From the NCBI GenBank assembly GCA_963843845.1, contig CAWJMB010000002.1:2592001-2656000 (forward strand): DNA of 64,000 nt, written 5' to 3'. The position numbers and the translations under genes are program-made. The number at the start of each line of letters is the position of its first letter. Positions within the stretch are counted from its first letter, which is position 1. This document shows positions 1 through 13,840 of the stretch, piece by piece. The notes under the pieces were generated by a model. That model was not told the origin of the DNA, did no database searches, and was given only the letters and a program-made list of their open reading frames with translations. The DNA comes from an uncultured Gemmatimonadaceae bacterium. Its GTDB lineage: Bacteria; Gemmatimonadota; Gemmatimonadetes; Gemmatimonadales; Gemmatimonadaceae.

Positions 1-812
1 GCGGCGAAGTCATCGGCATCAACAGCGCGATCGCGAGCCGCACCGGTTTCTACTCCGGCTACGGGTTCGCCATTCCCATCTCGCTCGCCCGCGGGGTGAT
101 GGACGATCTCATCAAGCACGGCCGCGTGCGCGCCCCGGTCCTCGGAGTGTCCATCCAGGACGCGACCCCCGAGGACGCGACGGTGGCGGGGTTGCAGCGG
201 ATCGCGGGCGCGACGGTGCACGCGTTCACCCCACCCGAGGGGAGCCCGGCCGAGGCAGCAGGGATCGAGGCCGGCGACGTCATCGTCGGCGCGGACGGGC
301 GGGCGGTCGACCGGGTCAGCACGCTCCAGCGCATCGTGCGCGGCCGCGAGCCCGGCGAGACGATCGCGATCGACGTGATGCGCTATGGCAAGCGACAGAC
401 GTTCCGCGTGCGGCTCGGCGAGCGGGAGGACGCGCCGACGGTGGCGAGCGTGGCCGCGCCGACGCGCCCCGAGCCGCCTGCGGAGGGTCGCAGTGCCCCG
501 CTGGGCATCACCGTGCTCCCGGTCGACTCGACGTTCACGCGAGACGCGAACCTGGAGCCGGGCGAGCGCGGATTGCGCGTCGTCGCGATCAGCGCCGCGA
601 GTCCGGCGCGCTCGCAGCTCACGCCCGGGTTCGACGTGCTGACCGACCTGGTGTATCCGACGAAGCGCAGGCTGCGCACGATCGCCGACCTCACGGCGGC
701 CCTCGCGGCGCTGCGACCGGGCGACGTCGTCAGCCTGCGCGTCTACGGCACACGCGAGCCGCTCATCGGGGCACGCGTCGTGAACCTGCGGCTGGTCGAG
801 GGCGCGCGTTAG
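1..812 (+). CDS. HtrA/DegP-family serine protease, C-terminal part with PDZ domains (5' truncated by window)
   Basis: Frame from nt 3 reads GEVIGINSAIASRTGFYSGYGFAIP (end of trypsin-like domain), then PDZ-like GSPAEAAGIEAGDVIV; stop TAG 810-812. Confidence 0.9.
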   Translation, partial: GEVIGINSAIASRTGFYSGYGFAIPISLARGVMDDLIKHGRVRAPVLGVSIQDATPEDATVAGLQRIAGATVHAFTPPEGSPAEAAGIEAGDVIVGADGRAVDRVSTLQRIVRGREPGETIAIDVMRYGKRQTFRVRLGEREDAPTVASVAAPTRPEPPAEGRSAPLGITVLPVDSTFTRDANLEPGERGLRVVAISAASPARSQLTPGFDVLTDLVYPTKRRLRTIADLTAALAALRPGDVVSLRVYGTREPLIGARVVNLRLVEGAR

Positions 813-823
813 CTTCCGGGTGC

Positions 824-905
824 GCTCGGGTGGCGGAATTGGTAGACGCGTCGGTCTTAGGAGCCGGTGCCGCAAGGCGTGCGGGTTCGAGTCCCGCCTC
901 GAGCA
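824..905 (+). tRNA. tRNA-Leu (anticodon TAG), CCA not encoded
   Basis: Acceptor GCTCGGG/CTCGAGC+A, D-loop GGCGGAATTGGTAGACGC, anticodon arm TCGGT-CTTAGGA-GCCGG, long variable arm, T-loop GGGTTCGAGTCCC. Confidence 0.95.
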
Positions 906-1010
906 TGCAGCGAGTGTCCAGCACGTGGTCTGTGGGTCGGGCGTGGTCGTGGGAACGGGATGGGTGGCGGCGGGCGTTGAGGAGAGCGACATGAGCGATT
1001 GCACGAGCCG

Positions 1011-1997
1011 ATGCAGCACGAGCTGACGACACCGACGCGCGCCGACGCACGGCACTGCGCCGCCGTCGTCCGGGTCCACGCGCGAACGTTCCACGCCGCG
1101 AGTCTGCTCCTCCCGGCGGAGAAGCGGCGCGCGGCATTCGCGCTCTACGCATTCTGCCGCGTCGCGGACGACATCGTCGACACGGGCGAGCAGGATCCGG
1201 TCGACGCGCGGCGGCGGCTCGGCGACTACGAACGAGCGCTCGAGGCGATGCTCTCGGGGTGGGCGGACGGGCCGGTCTTTCGCGAGCTGGCATGGGCGGT
1301 GCGCCGCTACCACGTGCCACATCAGTCGCTGCGCGAGCTGCTCGCCGGCGTCGCGCTCGACCTCGACCCGGCGTCGTACGCGTCGTGGGGCGCGCTCGCG
1401 AGCTACTGCGAGGGCGTCGCGAGCTCGGTCGGCGAGATGTGCACGCACGTGTTCGGCGTCGTCGGCGGACACGACACGCGCGCGAGCGCCGTGCGCTACG
1501 CCCGCGTGCTCGGCGCCGCGATGCAGCTGACGAACATCCTGCGCGACGTCGGCGAGGACGCGCGGCGCGGGCGGTGCTACCTCCCGGCCGACGACCTCGC
1601 CGCGTTCGGCCTCACTCCGAACGACGTGCTCCACCGCGCGGACCTCGCGCGCGACGAGCGGTGGCGTCCGTTCGTCGCGTTCGAGATCGGACGCGCGCGC
1701 GCCTTGTACGAGGCGGCACGCCCGGGGCTCGCCCTGCTGGCCCCCGACTCGGCGCGCTGCGCCACCGCCTGCGCCGACGGCTATGCCGGCATCCTCGACG
1801 CCATCGAGGCGATCGGGTACGACACCATCTCGACGCGCGCCCGCCTCGGCGTGAGCGCGCGGCTCGGGGTGCTCTGGCGCGCCTGGCGCGGCGGCAGCCG
1901 CATGCCGATCGGGCCGTTCCCGGGCGACGATCCGCTCACGCTGCTCGGCGATGATGCCGCGTCGCGCGGACGCGCCGAGCTTCCAAATCCTGCATGA
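1011..1997 (+). CDS. crtB: Phytoene synthase (start uncertain, 991-1011)
   Basis: TFHAASLLLP, LYAFCRVADDIVD, YCEGVASSVG, QLTNILRDVGEDARRGRCYLP motifs. Confidence 0.92.
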   Translation: MQHELTTPTRADARHCAAVVRVHARTFHAASLLLPAEKRRAAFALYAFCRVADDIVDTGEQDPVDARRRLGDYERALEAMLSGWADGPVFRELAWAVRRYHVPHQSLRELLAGVALDLDPASYASWGALASYCEGVASSVGEMCTHVFGVVGGHDTRASAVRYARVLGAAMQLTNILRDVGEDARRGRCYLPADDLAAFGLTPNDVLHRADLARDERWRPFVAFEIGRARALYEAARPGLALLAPDSARCATACADGYAGILDAIEAIGYDTISTRARLGVSARLGVLWRAWRGGSRMPIGPFPGDDPLTLLGDDAASRGRAELPNPA

Positions 1998-2923
1998 CGA
2001 CTCGAGCCGAGCGCCTCGCGCGCATCGCGACCGGCTGCCTCATCGGGCACGCCGCCCTGTCCACCTTCTCCGCGATCGCGTTTGCGACGTTCCTGAGCGG
2101 CCCGCCGCCGGCGTGGCTGCAGTCGCCGGCGAATCAACGGATGCTCGTCATCGGGTGGACGTTCGGCCCCGCCACCACGGTGGTGCTGGGCGCGCTTGCG
2201 GGCGTGCTGCACGCGGCGTCCCGCTTCGGGACGCGCCGCGCGGCGACGCTCGCAGTCGTCGCGTTCGGCGTCGCACTGACGGCGGAGCTGACGGGCACCG
2301 CGACTGGCTATCCGTTCGGCCCCTACAGCTATACGCCGCTGCTCGGGTACCGCATCGGCGGGCTCGTGCCGTTCAACATCCCGACGTCCTGGTTCTACAT
2401 GCTGTACTGCTCGCTCGCGATCACGGGGCGGTTGCTCACTACGCGGAAGGCGTGGACGTGGGCGCTCGTGGGCGGGCTCGTCCTGACGGCGTGGGACGTG
2501 TCGATGGACCCGGCGATGGTGAAGACCGGGCACTGGCTCTGGCACCTCGACGCGACCGCGCCCGACGTGCTGCACCGCGTGTTCGTGAGCGACGCGTTCT
2601 ACGGGATGCCGCTCTCCAACTGGCTCGGCTGGCTCCTCACGGGCGTCATCATCGCGCGGCTGATGGTCGCGATCGTGAAGCCCGCCGAGTGGGTGCGCGA
2701 TGCGTCGCCGAGCCGTTTTCCGCTCGCGCTGTACGCGGTGAACGGCGTGCTGCCGCTGACCATCTGTGCGCGCACCGGGATGTGGTGGGCGTTCGGCTTC
2801 GGCCTGCTCGCGATGGCGACGCCGCTGGCGCTCGCGGTGCGCCGCGCGCCGCGCACGGTCCCCGACGCCCGCCCCGACGAGCGCTCACTCGGCCGCATGC
2901 CGGAGCCGATCCCGACGCGATGA
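1994..2923 (+). CDS. cruF: Carotenoid biosynthesis membrane protein, CruF/DUF422-like 1,2-hydratase
   Basis: Multi-TM; ELTGTATGYPFGPYSY, WDVSMDP, GMPLSNWLGW motifs; overlaps crtB and crtI by ATGA. Confidence 0.8.
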   Translation: MTTRAERLARIATGCLIGHAALSTFSAIAFATFLSGPPPAWLQSPANQRMLVIGWTFGPATTVVLGALAGVLHAASRFGTRRAATLAVVAFGVALTAELTGTATGYPFGPYSYTPLLGYRIGGLVPFNIPTSWFYMLYCSLAITGRLLTTRKAWTWALVGGLVLTAWDVSMDPAMVKTGHWLWHLDATAPDVLHRVFVSDAFYGMPLSNWLGWLLTGVIIARLMVAIVKPAEWVRDASPSRFPLALYAVNGVLPLTICARTGMWWAFGFGLLAMATPLALAVRRAPRTVPDARPDERSLGRMPEPIPTR

Positions 2924-4379
2924 AGATCGTCGTCATCGGCGCCGGCTTCGGAGGCCTGGCGGCGGCGATCCGACTACGGGCGCAGGGGCACGAGGTCACG
3001 ATCGTCGAGCAGCGCGACAAGCCCGGCGGGCGGGCGTACGTCTACGAGCAGAACGGTTTCACGTTCGACGGCGGCCCCACGATCATCACGGCGCCCTGGC
3101 TCATCCGGGACCTCTTCACGCTCTGCGGGCGCGACCACGCGGACTACGTGCGCCTCGTCCCGGTCGATCCGTACTACAACATCCGGTTCACCGACGGCTC
3201 GGTCTTTCGCTACGACGGGAATCGCGAGCACGTCCGAGACGAAGTGCGCCGCTTCAATCCGGACGACGTCGACGGATACGAGCGCTTCTACCGGGACAGC
3301 GCCGGAATCTTCGAGACCGGCTTCGGGCTGATCGACAAGCCGTTTCTGCACCTCACCGACATGGCGAAGGTGCTCCCCGATCTCGTGCGCCTGCGCGCGG
3401 ATCGCAGCGTCGCGTCGTACGTGAGCCGCTACATCAAGGACGAGCGGCTGCGGCAGGTGTTCAGCTTCCACCCGCTGCTCGTCGGCGGCAATCCGTTCGC
3501 GACGACGTCGATCTACACGCTGATCCACCGCCTCGAGCAGGAGTGGGGCGTGTGGTTCGCGATGGGCGGCACGGGGGCGCTCGTGCGCGCCCTCGTCTCG
3601 TTGTTCGAGGACATCGGGGGCACTCTGCGGCTGTCGACGCCGGTCGCGGAGATCGTCGTGAACGATCGGCGCGTCGCGACGGGGGTGCGCCTCACGACGG
3701 GCGAGGTCCTCGCCGCCGACGCCGTCGTGAGCAATGCCGACGTCGCCTGGACGTACCTGAACCTCGTGCCGAAGCAGGCTCGTCGCGTCAACACCGACCG
3801 CCGCATCAAGAAGATGCGCTATTCGATGTCGCTGTTCGTGATCTACTTCGGCACGAACCGCCGCTACGACGACATCGCGCACCACGAGATCCTCATGGGC
3901 CCGCGCTACGAGGGGCTGCTCGACGACATCTTCCGCACGAAGCGGCTGGCCGAGGACTTCTCGCTCTATCTGCACCGCCCGACTGCGACCGATCCGAGCC
4001 TGGCGCCGCCGGGGTGCGACGCGTGGTACGTCCTCTCCCCGTCCCGCACCTCGGCGGCGACACGGACTGGGCGACCGCGGCGCCGCGGTACCGTGACGCG
4101 ATCATGGGGCACCTCGAGCGACACTACCTCCCCGACCTCTCGAAGCACCTCGTCGCCGAGCACCGCATCGACCCGCTGCACTTCGAGGGTACGCTGTCGA
4201 GCTACCTCGGCTCCGCGTTCTCGGTGGAACCGATTCTCACGCAGAGCGCCTGGATGCGCCCGCACAACCGGAGCGAGGATGTCGCGAACCTCTACTTCGC
4301 CGGTGCCGGCACGCACCCGGGCGCCGGGCTCCCCGGCGTGCTCAGCTCGGGGAAGATCGTCGCCGATCTCATCGGCTAG
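2920..4379 (+). CDS. crtI: Phytoene desaturase (one apparent frameshift near 4037-4041)
   Basis: MKIVVIGAGFGGL FAD motif; C-terminal NLYFAGAGTHPGAGLPGVLSSG in another frame; break at a C run in LSP/VPHL. Confidence 0.9.
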
Positions 4380-4960
4380 AACACGAATCCGATCAGGAAC
4401 CGCCCGTCCGGCCAGACCTGCTCGAGCGGGTCGCCGCTCTTCACATCCTTGAGGATCCGCTTCGCGCCGCCGCCGAGTCCCACACGGAACCGCTCGGTGC
4501 GGCCGAGCAACCAGTCGTAGGTGACCATGACTCCGAGCGTGGGCGACGTCTGGCGGCGGCGCTTGGAGCCACACTCGCCGTACGGGTTCGCCGGGTTGTA
4601 GATCACCGCGTCGCAGCTGTACCGATCGCGGCGCGAGGAGTGCACGCCGGCGGTGAGGCCGACCGCGAAGGCACGGAACGGCGTCTCCTGCGGGTAGTAC
4701 ATGGTCTTCGCCTCGGCCCACGTGTCGCGGTCCTCGTCGCGCGACCAGTGTGAGCCGCCGACGCCGAGCGTCATGCCGGGAATGCGCAGCGCACCTTCGT
4801 ACTCGAACGAGAAGAGTCCGAATGGAATCACGACCGGGTTCGTCGCGATCGAGAATCGCGGCAGGACCGGCGACGCCGGAGCGGTGGCCTGGGCGGAGGC
4901 GACGGCAGGAAGGGCGAGCGCGACGGCGCACGCGACGAGCGATCGACGAGTGATACGCAT
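4376..4960 (-). CDS. Exported outer-membrane beta-barrel-like protein (DUF3575-like)
   Basis: Signal peptide ending ASA-Q, SIATNP start motif, amphipathic strands, C-terminal Phe (LIGFVF). Confidence 0.65.
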   Translation of the reverse strand: MRITRRSLVACAVALALPAVASAQATAPASPVLPRFSIATNPVVIPFGLFSFEYEGALRIPGMTLGVGGSHWSRDEDRDTWAEAKTMYYPQETPFRAFAVGLTAGVHSSRRDRYSCDAVIYNPANPYGECGSKRRRQTSPTLGVMVTYDWLLGRTERFRVGLGGGAKRILKDVKSGDPLEQVWPDGRFLIGFVF

Positions 4961-5056
4961 GCCGATGTGGGGTGTGAGACACGGGGTACCAGCGGGCCGC
5001 GCGGGTCGTACCCGGCGGAACTCGTAGGAGGTCCGGCGTCGGATTAGCTTTCGCGA

Positions 5057-6295
5057 ATGGACATCCAAATCACCCAACGCGAGAGCGCCGGTGTGGAGCG
5101 CCACGTCGACGTCGCGGTTCCGGCCGACGCCGTGCGCGCCGCCGAGGATCGCCTCGCCCGTCGCTATACGTCGCAGGCGCGCCTTCCCGGCTTTCGCCCG
5201 GGCAAGGCGCCCGCGGCGATGGTCCGCAAGCGCTTCGAGAAAGAGATCCGCCAGGATCTGCTGCAAGAGCTCGTGCAGGAGGCGTACAAGCAGGTCATGG
5301 AGCAGCAGCAGGTCGAGCCGATCGCGCAGCCGCACATCCATGACCTCAAGTTCGAGCCGGGCGAGCCGCTGACGTTCACGCTGCACATGGAAGTGCGCCC
5401 GGACGTGAAGCTCGAGCGCCTCGACGGCTTCACCGTGGAGCGTCAGTCGACCGAGGTCACCGACGAGATGGTGCAGGAGCAGCTCGACACGCTCCGGGAC
5501 CAGAAGGCGCTCTGGGCGCCGACCGACGACCGACCGATGAGCGGCGACAAGGTCACGGTCGCGCTCGCGACGGCCGACGCGAGCGGTGCGATGGGCGAGC
5601 CGCAGGACTTTCCACTCGAGCTCGGGAAGGAGCAGGCCATTCCGGGGATCGAGGAGCTGATCATGGAAGGACGGGCCGGGGAGACGGTCGAGCGCCCCGT
5701 GAAGTGGCCCGACGACTTCCCCGACGAAGCGCAGCGCGGCCAGACCAAGACGGTGCGCGTCACGGTGAAGGACGTCAAGCGCAAGACGTCGCCCGACCTC
5801 GACGATGCGTTCGCGCGCGAGGTCGGCGATTTCGACTCGCTCGACGCGCTGCGCGACGCGGTTCGCAAGGATCTCACGGCGCACGTCACGCGCGAGGCCG
5901 AGACCGGGACCCGCTCGCAGCTGCTCGATCAGATCATCGACGCGAATCCGTTCGACGTGCCCCCGAGCTGGGTGCGGCAACTCACGCAGGGATACGCGAA
6001 CGCGTATCAGATCCCGGAACAGGACGTCGAGCGATTCGCGCAGGAGTTCCAGGGGCTCGCGGAGCGCCAGGTGCGACGCGACCTCGTCGTCGAAGCGATC
6101 GCGCTGCAGAACAACCTGAAGGCGACCGAGGCCGACGTCGACGAGCGCATCCAGGCGATGGCGAGCGAGCGCGGCGTCGACCCGGGCCAGCTCTACGCCG
6201 CGCTGCAGAAGCAGAATCGGCTCGGCGAGATCGAGCACCAGATCACCGAGGACCGCGTGTTCGGGTACCTCATGGAGAAGAACCCGGCGCAGTGA
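5057..6295 (+). CDS. tig: Trigger factor
   Basis: [10 protein letters not shown] ribosome-binding motif, FKBP domain, position before clpP. Confidence 0.95.
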   Translation: MDIQITQRESAGVERHVDVAVPADAVRAAEDRLARRYTSQARLPGFRPGKAPAAMVRKRFEKEIRQDLLQELVQEAYKQVMEQQQVEPIAQPHIHDLKFEPGEPLTFTLHMEVRPDVKLERLDGFTVERQSTEVTDEMVQEQLDTLRDQKALWAPTDDRPMSGDKVTVALATADASGAMGEPQDFPLELGKEQAIPGIEELIMEGRAGETVERPVKWPDDFPDEAQRGQTKTVRVTVKDVKRKTSPDLDDAFAREVGDFDSLDALRDAVRKDLTAHVTREAETGTRSQLLDQIIDANPFDVPPSWVRQLTQGYANAYQIPEQDVERFAQEFQGLAERQVRRDLVVEAIALQNNLKATEADVDERIQAMASERGVDPGQLYAALQKQNRLGEIEHQITEDRVFGYLMEKNPAQ

Positions 6296-6339
6296 GGCCC
6301 CACGTGCCTGACGCGACGGTTCTCGAAGACGACGAGCCC

Positions 6340-6971
6340 ATGCCAACGATCTACACGCCCTACATCATCGAACGATCCAGCCGCGGCGAGCGGACGTACG
6401 ACATCTTCTCGCGCCTGCTGATGGACCGCATCATCTTCCTCGGCACGCCGATCAACGACGACGTCGCGAACATCGTGATCGCGCAGCTGCTCTTCCTCGA
6501 CAGCGACAATCCGGGGAAGGACATCAGCATCTACATCAACTCGCCGGGCGGCAGCGTGTCGGCGGGGCTCGCGATGTACGACACGATGCGCTTTCTCCGG
6601 TCGCCCGTCTCGACGACTGCATGGGGATGGCGGCGAGCATGGGGTGCTTCCTGCTCGCGGCCGGGGGGGCGAAAGGCAAGCGCTTCGCGCTGCCGCACTC
6701 GCGCATCATGATGCACCAGCCGTCCGGCGGCGCGCAGGGCACGGCGTCGGACATCGAAGTCGCGGCGAAGGAGATTCTCTATCTCCGCGCGAAGATGAAC
6801 GAGCTGATGTCGAACCACACCGGCCAGCCGATCGAGCGCATCGAGCGCGACTTCGACCGCGACTACTACATGTCGGCGGACGAGGCGAAGAACTACGGCA
6901 TCATCGACGAGGTCATCTCGGCGCCGGGTGCGATCGTCGACGAGAGCAAGCAGCCGACGGTGACGGCGTAG
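6340..6971 (+). CDS. clpP: ATP-dependent Clp protease proteolytic subunit (apparent 1-nt deletion near 6617)
   Basis: [25 protein letters not shown], then GMAASMG and RIMMHQP in the next frame. Confidence 0.93.
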
Positions 6972-6975
6972 CGGT

Positions 6976-6992
6976 CGGTCAACGGTTGACCG
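6976..6992. promoter_or_regulatory. 17-bp palindrome upstream of clpX containing TTGACC (candidate operator/-35)
   Basis: CGGTCAAC-G-GTTGACCG perfect inverted repeat in the clpP-clpX spacer, followed by AT-rich TACTATTAC. Confidence 0.4.
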
Positions 6993-7061
6993 TTCCGCGC
7001 CGATACTATTACGTGCCTTCGGGGTCAGGCCCCGGACCCCGATCACGCTTCACCGCGCCTC

Positions 7062-8309
<1,248 letters not shown>

Positions 8310-8353
8310 CGACGAACGACAACGCCCTGCACAGGGCGTTGTTAGTTTCCGGC

Positions 8354-10836
<2,483 letters not shown>

Positions 10837-10840
<4 letters not shown>

Positions 10841-11475
10841 GCGCCGACCCGCTCGTCATTCGACGCATCGACTACCTCGGCCCGATGGCGAGCGCGGGGG
10901 GGTGGCGGCCGGAGCCGAACCTTCCCGAGGTCGCGTTCGGCGGCCGCTCGAACGTCGGCAAGTCGTCGCTCATCAACCGACTCGTCCGCCGGAAGTCGCT
11001 CGCGCGCGTCAGCAACACGCCCGGGCGGACGCGCGAGATCCACTTCTTCGCGATCAACGACCTGTTCACCCTCGTCGACCTCCCGGGCTACGGCTACGCG
11101 CGCATCTCGAAGGCGCGGCAGGCCGAGTGGAAGCCGCTCATCGAAGGGCTGCTGCGCCACAGCGCACCGCTCCGCGGCGTCGTGCAGTTGCTGGACGCGC
11201 GGCACGATCCGACCGACGACGATGTGCAGATGCTCGACTTCCTGGCCGAGATCGGCGCGCCGACGATCTTCGTGGCGACGAAAGTCGACAAGCTGTCGCG
11301 CCGGGACGTCGACGCGCGCATCACCGCGCTGGCTCAGCGCATCGGCGGCGACCCGGAACAGATCATTCCGTTCAGCGCGGTCACGGGCGAGGGGCGCGAC
11401 GATCTCGCGGCCGCGATCGTCGCGCTCGTCGGCGGGCCGTCGTGGCGCGCCGAGCGAGCGCCTGAGGCGCCGTGA
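10837..11475 (+). CDS. engB: Ribosome biogenesis GTPase YsxC/YihA
   Basis: GRSNVGKSSLIN, PGRTR, DLPGYG, TKVDK motifs; GTG start overlaps lon stop. Confidence 0.95.
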
Positions 11476-12158
11476 TCGAACGGCGCCTCAGGCGCTCGCT
11501 CGGCGCGCTGTCGATGGCGGGCGCGGGAGCGTGTGCGGCCGCGAGCGCGGGAAGTGTGGGGAGCGCGGCGGGGGGCGGCACGATGTCCGCAGATGTCGGC
11601 GTGACGACGGCGCAGGACTCGACGCGCCTCGTCCCACCCGGGCTCGGCACGCTGCGACAGGACGACGTCGCGATCCGGCTCACGCTCGACGGCGGGGTCA
11701 CGGTGCGACTCATTCCGCTCGACGAGAGCGTGATCCGGCTGCTCTCGCGCGACTCGTATCAGTCGCTGCACGACCTGGCGGCCGGACGCGCGGCGCAGTT
11801 GCGCGAGATCGCGCGACGCGCCGGGAACGCGCGGCTGAGCGTGTGGCAGGCGACCTTCTACGGCACCGAACAGGCGGAGGCGCGCTTCAGCCCTCAGGAG
11901 GTCATCGTCACGACGGGTGGGCGCGACTTCCGGCCGCTCGACATCGTGCCCCTCACGCCGGGCTTCGGGTCGCAGCGCATCCGCCAGCGCGGCGTGCAGA
12001 GCGCGCTCTACGCGTTCGACGGCACACTCGACGTGAATCAGCCGCAGCTGGTCGTCACCGTGCAGGGCGCGCGCGACGGGTCGTGGGGCAGCGCGGTGCT
12101 GCCGCGCCTCGAGCGCGAGCGCGCCCTCGTTCGCACGCGCACGCAGCAGCGCCCCTGA
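11472..12158 (+). CDS. Hypothetical exported protein, possible lipoprotein
   Basis: Clean ORF overlapping engB stop; N-terminal hydrophobic stretch with AGAC. Confidence 0.7.
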   Translation: MIERRLRRSLGALSMAGAGACAAASAGSVGSAAGGGTMSADVGVTTAQDSTRLVPPGLGTLRQDDVAIRLTLDGGVTVRLIPLDESVIRLLSRDSYQSLHDLAAGRAAQLREIARRAGNARLSVWQATFYGTEQAEARFSPQEVIVTTGGRDFRPLDIVPLTPGFGSQRIRQRGVQSALYAFDGTLDVNQPQLVVTVQGARDGSWGSAVLPRLERERALVRTRTQQRP

Positions 12159-12169
12159 CCCCTCCGCCG

Positions 12170-12424
12170 ATGCCCGCGCCGCGCGTGCCACTCCACGATG
12201 TCAGCGCCGTGAATCAGCGGTGCCGGCCACTCGGCGAGGGCGCGTGGCGCGAGCGCGACGCCGAGTTCATGGCGCGGGCACACACGCCGGGCGAGGCTGC
12301 GGCGTGGTGGCGGCGCGGATGGGGTATGCTCGACGGCGAGCTGGACGCGCGCACCGTTCGGCGCTCCGGAAGGCGGCTCGCAGGCGTACGACACCGACCC
12401 GTCGTCGGAGACGGCTCCGTCTGA
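12170..12424 (+). CDS. Possible small hypothetical protein (84 aa)
   Basis: ATG 12170, MPAPRVPLHDVSAVNQRC...AWWRRGW; fills the gap between two + genes. Confidence 0.3.
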   Translation: MPAPRVPLHDVSAVNQRCRPLGEGAWRERDAEFMARAHTPGEAAAWWRRGWGMLDGELDARTVRRSGRRLAGVRHRPVVGDGSV

Positions 12425-12464
12425 CGGTCGGCTCGGCAGGACCACAACTCGCACACTCCTCGCG

Positions 12465-13322
12465 ATGCCCCTGATTCCGCTACGCCAGCTCTCCGACCGC
12501 TCGACGGCCGCGCTCACGACGTCGTGGCTCGAAGCGATCGACGACCGGCTGCGCGCCGACGGCGGCGACACGCCCGAGGCGCGTGCCCTGCTCTGCCGCG
12601 ACACGCTCGGCGCGCTGTTGTACCCGACGTACGCGAGCGACCTGGAGAGCGCGGTCGCGGACGAGGCTCTTCCCCTCGGGACGCGGCTCGCGCTCGCGAC
12701 GCTCGACCCGCGCAACGTGACGCTCGAGCCCGAGTACTACGGCGAGTGCGACGACGCGCAGTTTCAGCGCGTCAAGCCGCTGCTCTGGCTCTGGTACTCG
12801 TTCGACCGCAGCCCGTTAGGCGGCCAGCTCGTCGACGTCGGCGTGCGCCTCCGCCGACTGCTCGCGCCGCACATCTTCCGGCGGTGCGGCGAGAACTTCA
12901 AGTGCTTCCAGCACGTCGAGTTCTCGTTCGGTTACAACATGGAGGTCGGTGACGACGTGGTGATTCACCGCCACGTGCTGCTCGACGACCGCGGCGGGAT
13001 CGTGCTGGGGAACCGCGTGTCGGTCTCGGACTACGCGAACGTCTACAGCCACACGCACAGCATCGTCGAGCAGAAGGACGTGACGAACGTGACCACCGTG
13101 CTCGGAGACGGGGTGCGCGTGACGTATCACGCGACGATCCTCGCCGGGGTCCACGTCGGCGAGCAGGGAATGGTCGGCGCGGTGGCGGTGGCGACGAAGG
13201 ACGTGCGGCCGTACCACGTGAACGTCGGCATTCCGGCGAAGAGCATCACGATCAAGCCGAACGCGCCGCCGCAGGACTGCCACGTGTCGCCGGCGGCGCG
13301 GGAGAAGGCGCGGAAGGGCTAG
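12465..13322 (+). CDS. Hexapeptide-repeat (left-handed beta-helix) acyltransferase
   Basis: VGDDVVIHRHV, LGNRVSVSDY, LGDGVRVTYHATILAGVHVG, VGIPAK repeats. Confidence 0.85.
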   Translation: MPLIPLRQLSDRSTAALTTSWLEAIDDRLRADGGDTPEARALLCRDTLGALLYPTYASDLESAVADEALPLGTRLALATLDPRNVTLEPEYYGECDDAQFQRVKPLLWLWYSFDRSPLGGQLVDVGVRLRRLLAPHIFRRCGENFKCFQHVEFSFGYNMEVGDDVVIHRHVLLDDRGGIVLGNRVSVSDYANVYSHTHSIVEQKDVTNVTTVLGDGVRVTYHATILAGVHVGEQGMVGAVAVATKDVRPYHVNVGIPAKSITIKPNAPPQDCHVSPAAREKARKG

Positions 13323-13786
13323 ACGACGCGCAGGACGTCTTCGAGCGGCCCGGCGTCGCCGGCGCCCAGCAGCTGGACGATGTGATCGAGGGCCTCGCGC
13401 TCGCGCGGCCAGGCGAACCGCGCGCGGGCCGCCTCGAGCGGCAGCCACTCGGCGGTCTGATGCTCGGCGCTCAACGCCGGTTCGGTCGGCGCGTCGACGA
13501 ACGCGCAGAAGACGACGGCCAGCTGCACGCTGCCGACGCCGTGCAGGTAGAACGCCTGGGTCGTGACGTTGTAGAGGCGGGCGACGGCGAGGCCGGTCTC
13601 CTCCCGGACCTCGCGGAGGGCGGCGTGCTCCGGGCGCTCGCCGCGCTCGATGCGGCCGTGCACGGTCTCCCACGCGAGCGGGCAGCGCGTGCCCGTGGCG
13701 GCCCGCTGGAGGACGAGCAGGCGCCACCCCGTCGGGGCGGGGTGAATGACGTAGACGTCGACGACGCCGACTTCCAGGGCGGTCAT
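13319..13786 (-). CDS. NUDIX hydrolase
   Basis: GRIERGERPEHAALREVREETG Nudix box; LSAEHQ resembles NudB-like enzymes. Confidence 0.88.
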   Translation of the reverse strand: MTALEVGVVDVYVIHPAPTGWRLLVLQRAATGTRCPLAWETVHGRIERGERPEHAALREVREETGLAVARLYNVTTQAFYLHGVGSVQLAVVFCAFVDAPTEPALSAEHQTAEWLPLEAARARFAWPREREALDHIVQLLGAGDAGPLEDVLRVV

Positions 13787-13840
13787 TGGGTTGAAGGTAA
13801 CGGCGGCATCGGTGGGGCGCGGGCGCGAGGGCGGCGTGCG

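Noticed and set aside
824..4379. tRNA-Leu as the integration site of a carotenoid island
   Set aside because: No integrase and no duplicated tRNA 3' end seen; composition looks like the core genome.
4030..6625. Frameshifts in crtI and clpP as programmed frameshifting or pseudogenes
   Set aside because: Single-base losses without slippery heptamers, in otherwise intact genes; consistent with the consensus errors seen elsewhere.
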